A model generated the notes under the pieces. The model saw only the letters and a program-made list of their open reading frames with translations. It was not told the origin of the DNA and did not search any database. A stretch of DNA of 63,355 nucleotides, counting the filler, from Pelomyxa schiedti (taxonomy: Eukaryota; Protista; Evosea), in the NCBI GenBank assembly GCA_020536535.1. It is 7 parts of 7 records of this genome, joined end to end, with 100 filler letters (N's around TTAATTAATTAA, not from the genome) between each part and the next. Parts side by side here need not be neighbours in the genome. Positions count along the whole stretch, not along the records: positions 60,018 to 61,476 come from JAHLWZ010002491.1; positions 61,577 to 63,355 come from JAHLWZ010002280.1; 5 more parts are not named here. The stretch is one strand, 5' to 3'. This document shows positions 60,589 to 63,355 of the stretch, one piece after another. Position 1 is the first letter of the stretch; each line of letters starts with the position of its first letter. Position numbers and translations under genes: made by a program.

Positions 60589-61706
60589 ATGTACGACACA
60601 CCACGGCATGTTATTTGTTGAGATGTTTCTTTTTTGTTGTATATTTTTTTATGAATAAGTCTGGGAAAAACAGGTGCCAAAAAAAAAAAGGAGGAAGACA
60701 ACCACAGACGACAATCTTGTTGGACAAGACAATATCCAATGGGTACCTGCGCAGTCTCAAACAACCAACCTACTCTTGAGTAGTGCGCTAAGCGCTGACC
60801 CTCCAGAGATTGGAGGTTATCAGAAATCTGCTCTTTTTTTTTTTCCTTTTGAAAAACCGCTTACAGTGCTGTGGATGCCATCAACAAAGTGGTGACTGAA
60901 AGTTGTGTTGTTTATTGATTTAATATTAGGGGGAAGTCAGGTAGCCCTGTTAAGTGTTCTTGTACCCAAAAGGGTCAATGTAGTATCTGTCGTTCTCTTG
61001 AGCACAATAAGACACGATGCCCTGAAAACCCTGCAAACCAAGTGCAACCACAATGCACTCAAACTTCATCTCAGCTTTTTCTTGATTTGATTGAAACTCT
61101 TGCTGAAAAACTCTGGGTACCAGCAACATATATTGCCATTCTTCTTAACGGATTTGCAAAGGGTATCATGTTCTGGCTAACTGTGCTTCTAGTCACCCAC
61201 ATTTATTATGGACCCAGTGTCTCCATCAAGGAATTGGAAAATGGCAAACTAAAGTGCTTTATCAAAAAAAAGTGTGATCTCCCCTCAAAGTTTGATAAGT
61301 GATTTTCACAGGCAGCACACCTAATGGCTCTTTCAAATTATGCCAAAGTTGCAGCAAATTGAAAGAAGAAGATCATTAACATCCTCACAAATATCCCAAA
61401 TTTAACCACAAGAACTACTCATCTGGTTTGGAATGCAATATCAGGTGGCACTGTGCTCAGAAACAGCTCCTAATTGNNNNNNNNNNNNNNNNNNNNNNNN
61501 NNNNNNNNNNNNNNNNNNNNTTAATTAATTAANNNNNNNNNNNNNNNNNNNNNNNNNNNNNNNNNNNNNNNNNNNNTTACACAATATCAACCACAGAGTT
61601 GCAATTTGACTGTAATTTTGTGCTTTTTGGGTGTTATTTCCTGGGTTCTGTAAACCTGATTCATTGGCAAAAGCCTGACTAGGTTGGCAGGAGCTTAACT
61701 CCCTCA

Positions 61707-62131
61707 CTAAGCACAGCTCATTTCCATTCCCAATCCCACCAGACTCCTCTGTGTGACTGTGAACTTCATCCTCAAGTTACCATGATGAAATCTTATCTGT
61801 AATGGATGCACATCTGCCAGGAACAATGCACCAATCATCCTCCACACACTCAGCACATCCAATCCCGGAAAATGGACCACAACCCACCTGTCATGGCAGC
61901 AACAAATCAGAACACAATGACAGGGACCTCCTTTGTTCTCCAGAAACAACAAGCTGGTTGGGGTTGGGGCACCGCTGCTGCTGCTACACCATAACTCGAT
62001 ACTTGGACGCACCCACCGCCACCTTCAAGGCCGCGCACGGCGGTGGGACCCGGCGATGATGAAGCCAGGACCACAGCCAACGCAACGAATTGGTCGCGAG
62101 CGGAAACGCACCCCGTCACTCGAAACGACAT
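61707..62131 (-). pseudogene. Probably degenerate member of a lineage-expanded family with N-terminal SARDQFVAL motif
   Basis: MSFRVTGCVSARDQFVALAVVL followed by broken frames; family assignment is recollection only. Confidence 0.35.
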
Positions 62132-62190
62132 CAACAACGAAGATCCAAGTGGTTGATTTCCGAGAAGCTTGTTGTCGTGGTTTTTGGTGC

Positions 62191-62293
62191 CGACGAACTT
62201 TTTTGCGGACGGATGTTTTCGGCAACAAAAGTTTTCGACAACGAATGTTTTCGGCAACGAAAGTTTTCTAGAACGAAGGTTTCCCAACATACG
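62191..62293. repeat. 16-bp degenerate tandem array, possibly a transposon subterminal region
   Basis: Units resembling A(T/A)GTTTTCGGCAACGA at 62213, 62229, 62245, 62261, 62277. Confidence 0.75.
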
Positions 62294-62833
62294 GTACCAC
62301 ATCACCCTCTGCAGGTGGTCCCCAGACACAAAAATCAGCCCGATTCACACTGGTGTCAAGTGCTGGGAATTGGCTCCACACCTCAACTTGAGGGTGTGGG
62401 CAAGATGTGGTGAGGAGAACACCTCTTCTTCTTAGTGGTCAATGAGCTTGTATCTCCCTTGCAGCACCACGTTGCTGCCTCAAAAATACCACCACTGCAT
62501 TCCCCACTCGTTTCTGCCCCTCCCTGTCCATCACCTTCTCCTCCTTGCGCCGGAAGCAAAAATGACACCTCAAAGAAGTGCTTGATGATGATTGGATGTG
62601 AAGAATACCGTCCAAACATCCCGGACCTTATGCCGCACAAGTGGGATCCCACACAGGCCGAGCAAGTGACCTCCCCCAGCCTGCTGACCCAATCAAGGTA
62701 TGTTCTTCAGTATAATAATTTAAAGCCGCGATTTCATTTCAATCCCCATCAAAACAGAGGCTCTCCATACCCAAAGAAATTTGGTTTTTGTTTAGAACTA
62801 AGACTAAGAAATTGGTATTGGTACAGATGGAAG

Positions 62834-63355
62834 TCAGGCCAACATACAGCCAGTTTCCTTCTTTTTATTTGCACGTCCAAGTGGGTACGTTCTGTCCTTA
62901 GCTGGAGGAGCACCTTCGAGTGCCAGCAACCCAAAGGCAGCAAGAAGTTCAGGGATGTTCTTCATGGTCTTTGCTGACACCTCGATAAATCCGTCACAGT
63001 GGTTGGCTCTTGCAAACGCAAGACCTTGCGCATATGTGACAGCACCTTCTGCAGCTTCAGGAGACATGTGTCCCGTGCAGTGTGTCACAGAGCTCTCCTG
63101 GTCAACAATGTCTGCCTTGTTTCCACACAGAAGCAACTGTGGGTGAGTTGTGTGAGTTTTCATGCAGAATCTCCCAGCGCACCACCTTTCCAAAATGATT
63201 AATGTCACGAATTTCAGTGATGAATCCAGCAAGGGAATTGAGAGAAGCAAGGCATGTGATATCAAAGACAAGTAGAATGGCTGCTTTTTGTCGGCAAAAC
63301 AGCTTCAGCTGAGAGTGGTTAATTACCACACTGCTTTGGGTATGTGTTGGGGGGC
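62834..63355 (-). CDS. Rab/Ras-like GTPase, 3' part
   Basis: AILLVFDIT, LLCGNKAD, FIEVSAKT, C-terminal CAAX CMLA*. Confidence 0.8.

Noticed and set aside
60700-61476. Gene-like fragments with in-frame stops
   Set aside because: No recognisable domain or consistent splice model
1-63355. Alternative genetic code or stop-codon reassignment
   Set aside because: In-frame stops within conserved genes are explained by short introns, and all three stop codons end genes normally

Overview
Gene-dense eukaryotic protist DNA with many short (mostly ~35-60 nt) spliceosomal introns. Gene families and style point to an archamoeba, most likely Pelomyxa (my inference, not a database result). The window is seven contigs/scaffolds joined by artificial N-TTAATTAATTAA-N spacers, with three further 100-N scaffold gaps. 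Housekeeping and signalling genes: CCT2, a U2 snRNA gene, an F-box protein, a GPI-anchor-like secreted protein, three small GTPases, a nitroreductase, Wee1/Myt1 and STE20 kinases, a CCHC zinc-knuckle protein, a PHO80-type cyclin, a Q-rich putative transcription factor, TMEM104, an SNF2/Brahma remodeler, RPL34, an intronless MFS transporter and the start of a P-type ATPase. Most notable: (i) long intergenic hairpins, above all a ~190-nt pre-miRNA-like fold-back at 6869-7057; (ii) a locus with a head-to-head pair of EGF/CUB transmembrane TKL receptor kinases, plus a repeated [receptor kinase + Gly2 PINK1-like kinase] unit; (iii) an unannotated protein with a caspase/CHAT-like His-Gly...Asp-Ser-Cys motif pair, abutted by a MITE; (iv) GC-AG introns and 8-21 nt micro-exons; (v) an inverted partial duplication of the Wee1 locus ending in a perfect fold-back. 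All gene models were spliced by eye, so some boundaries are approximate.
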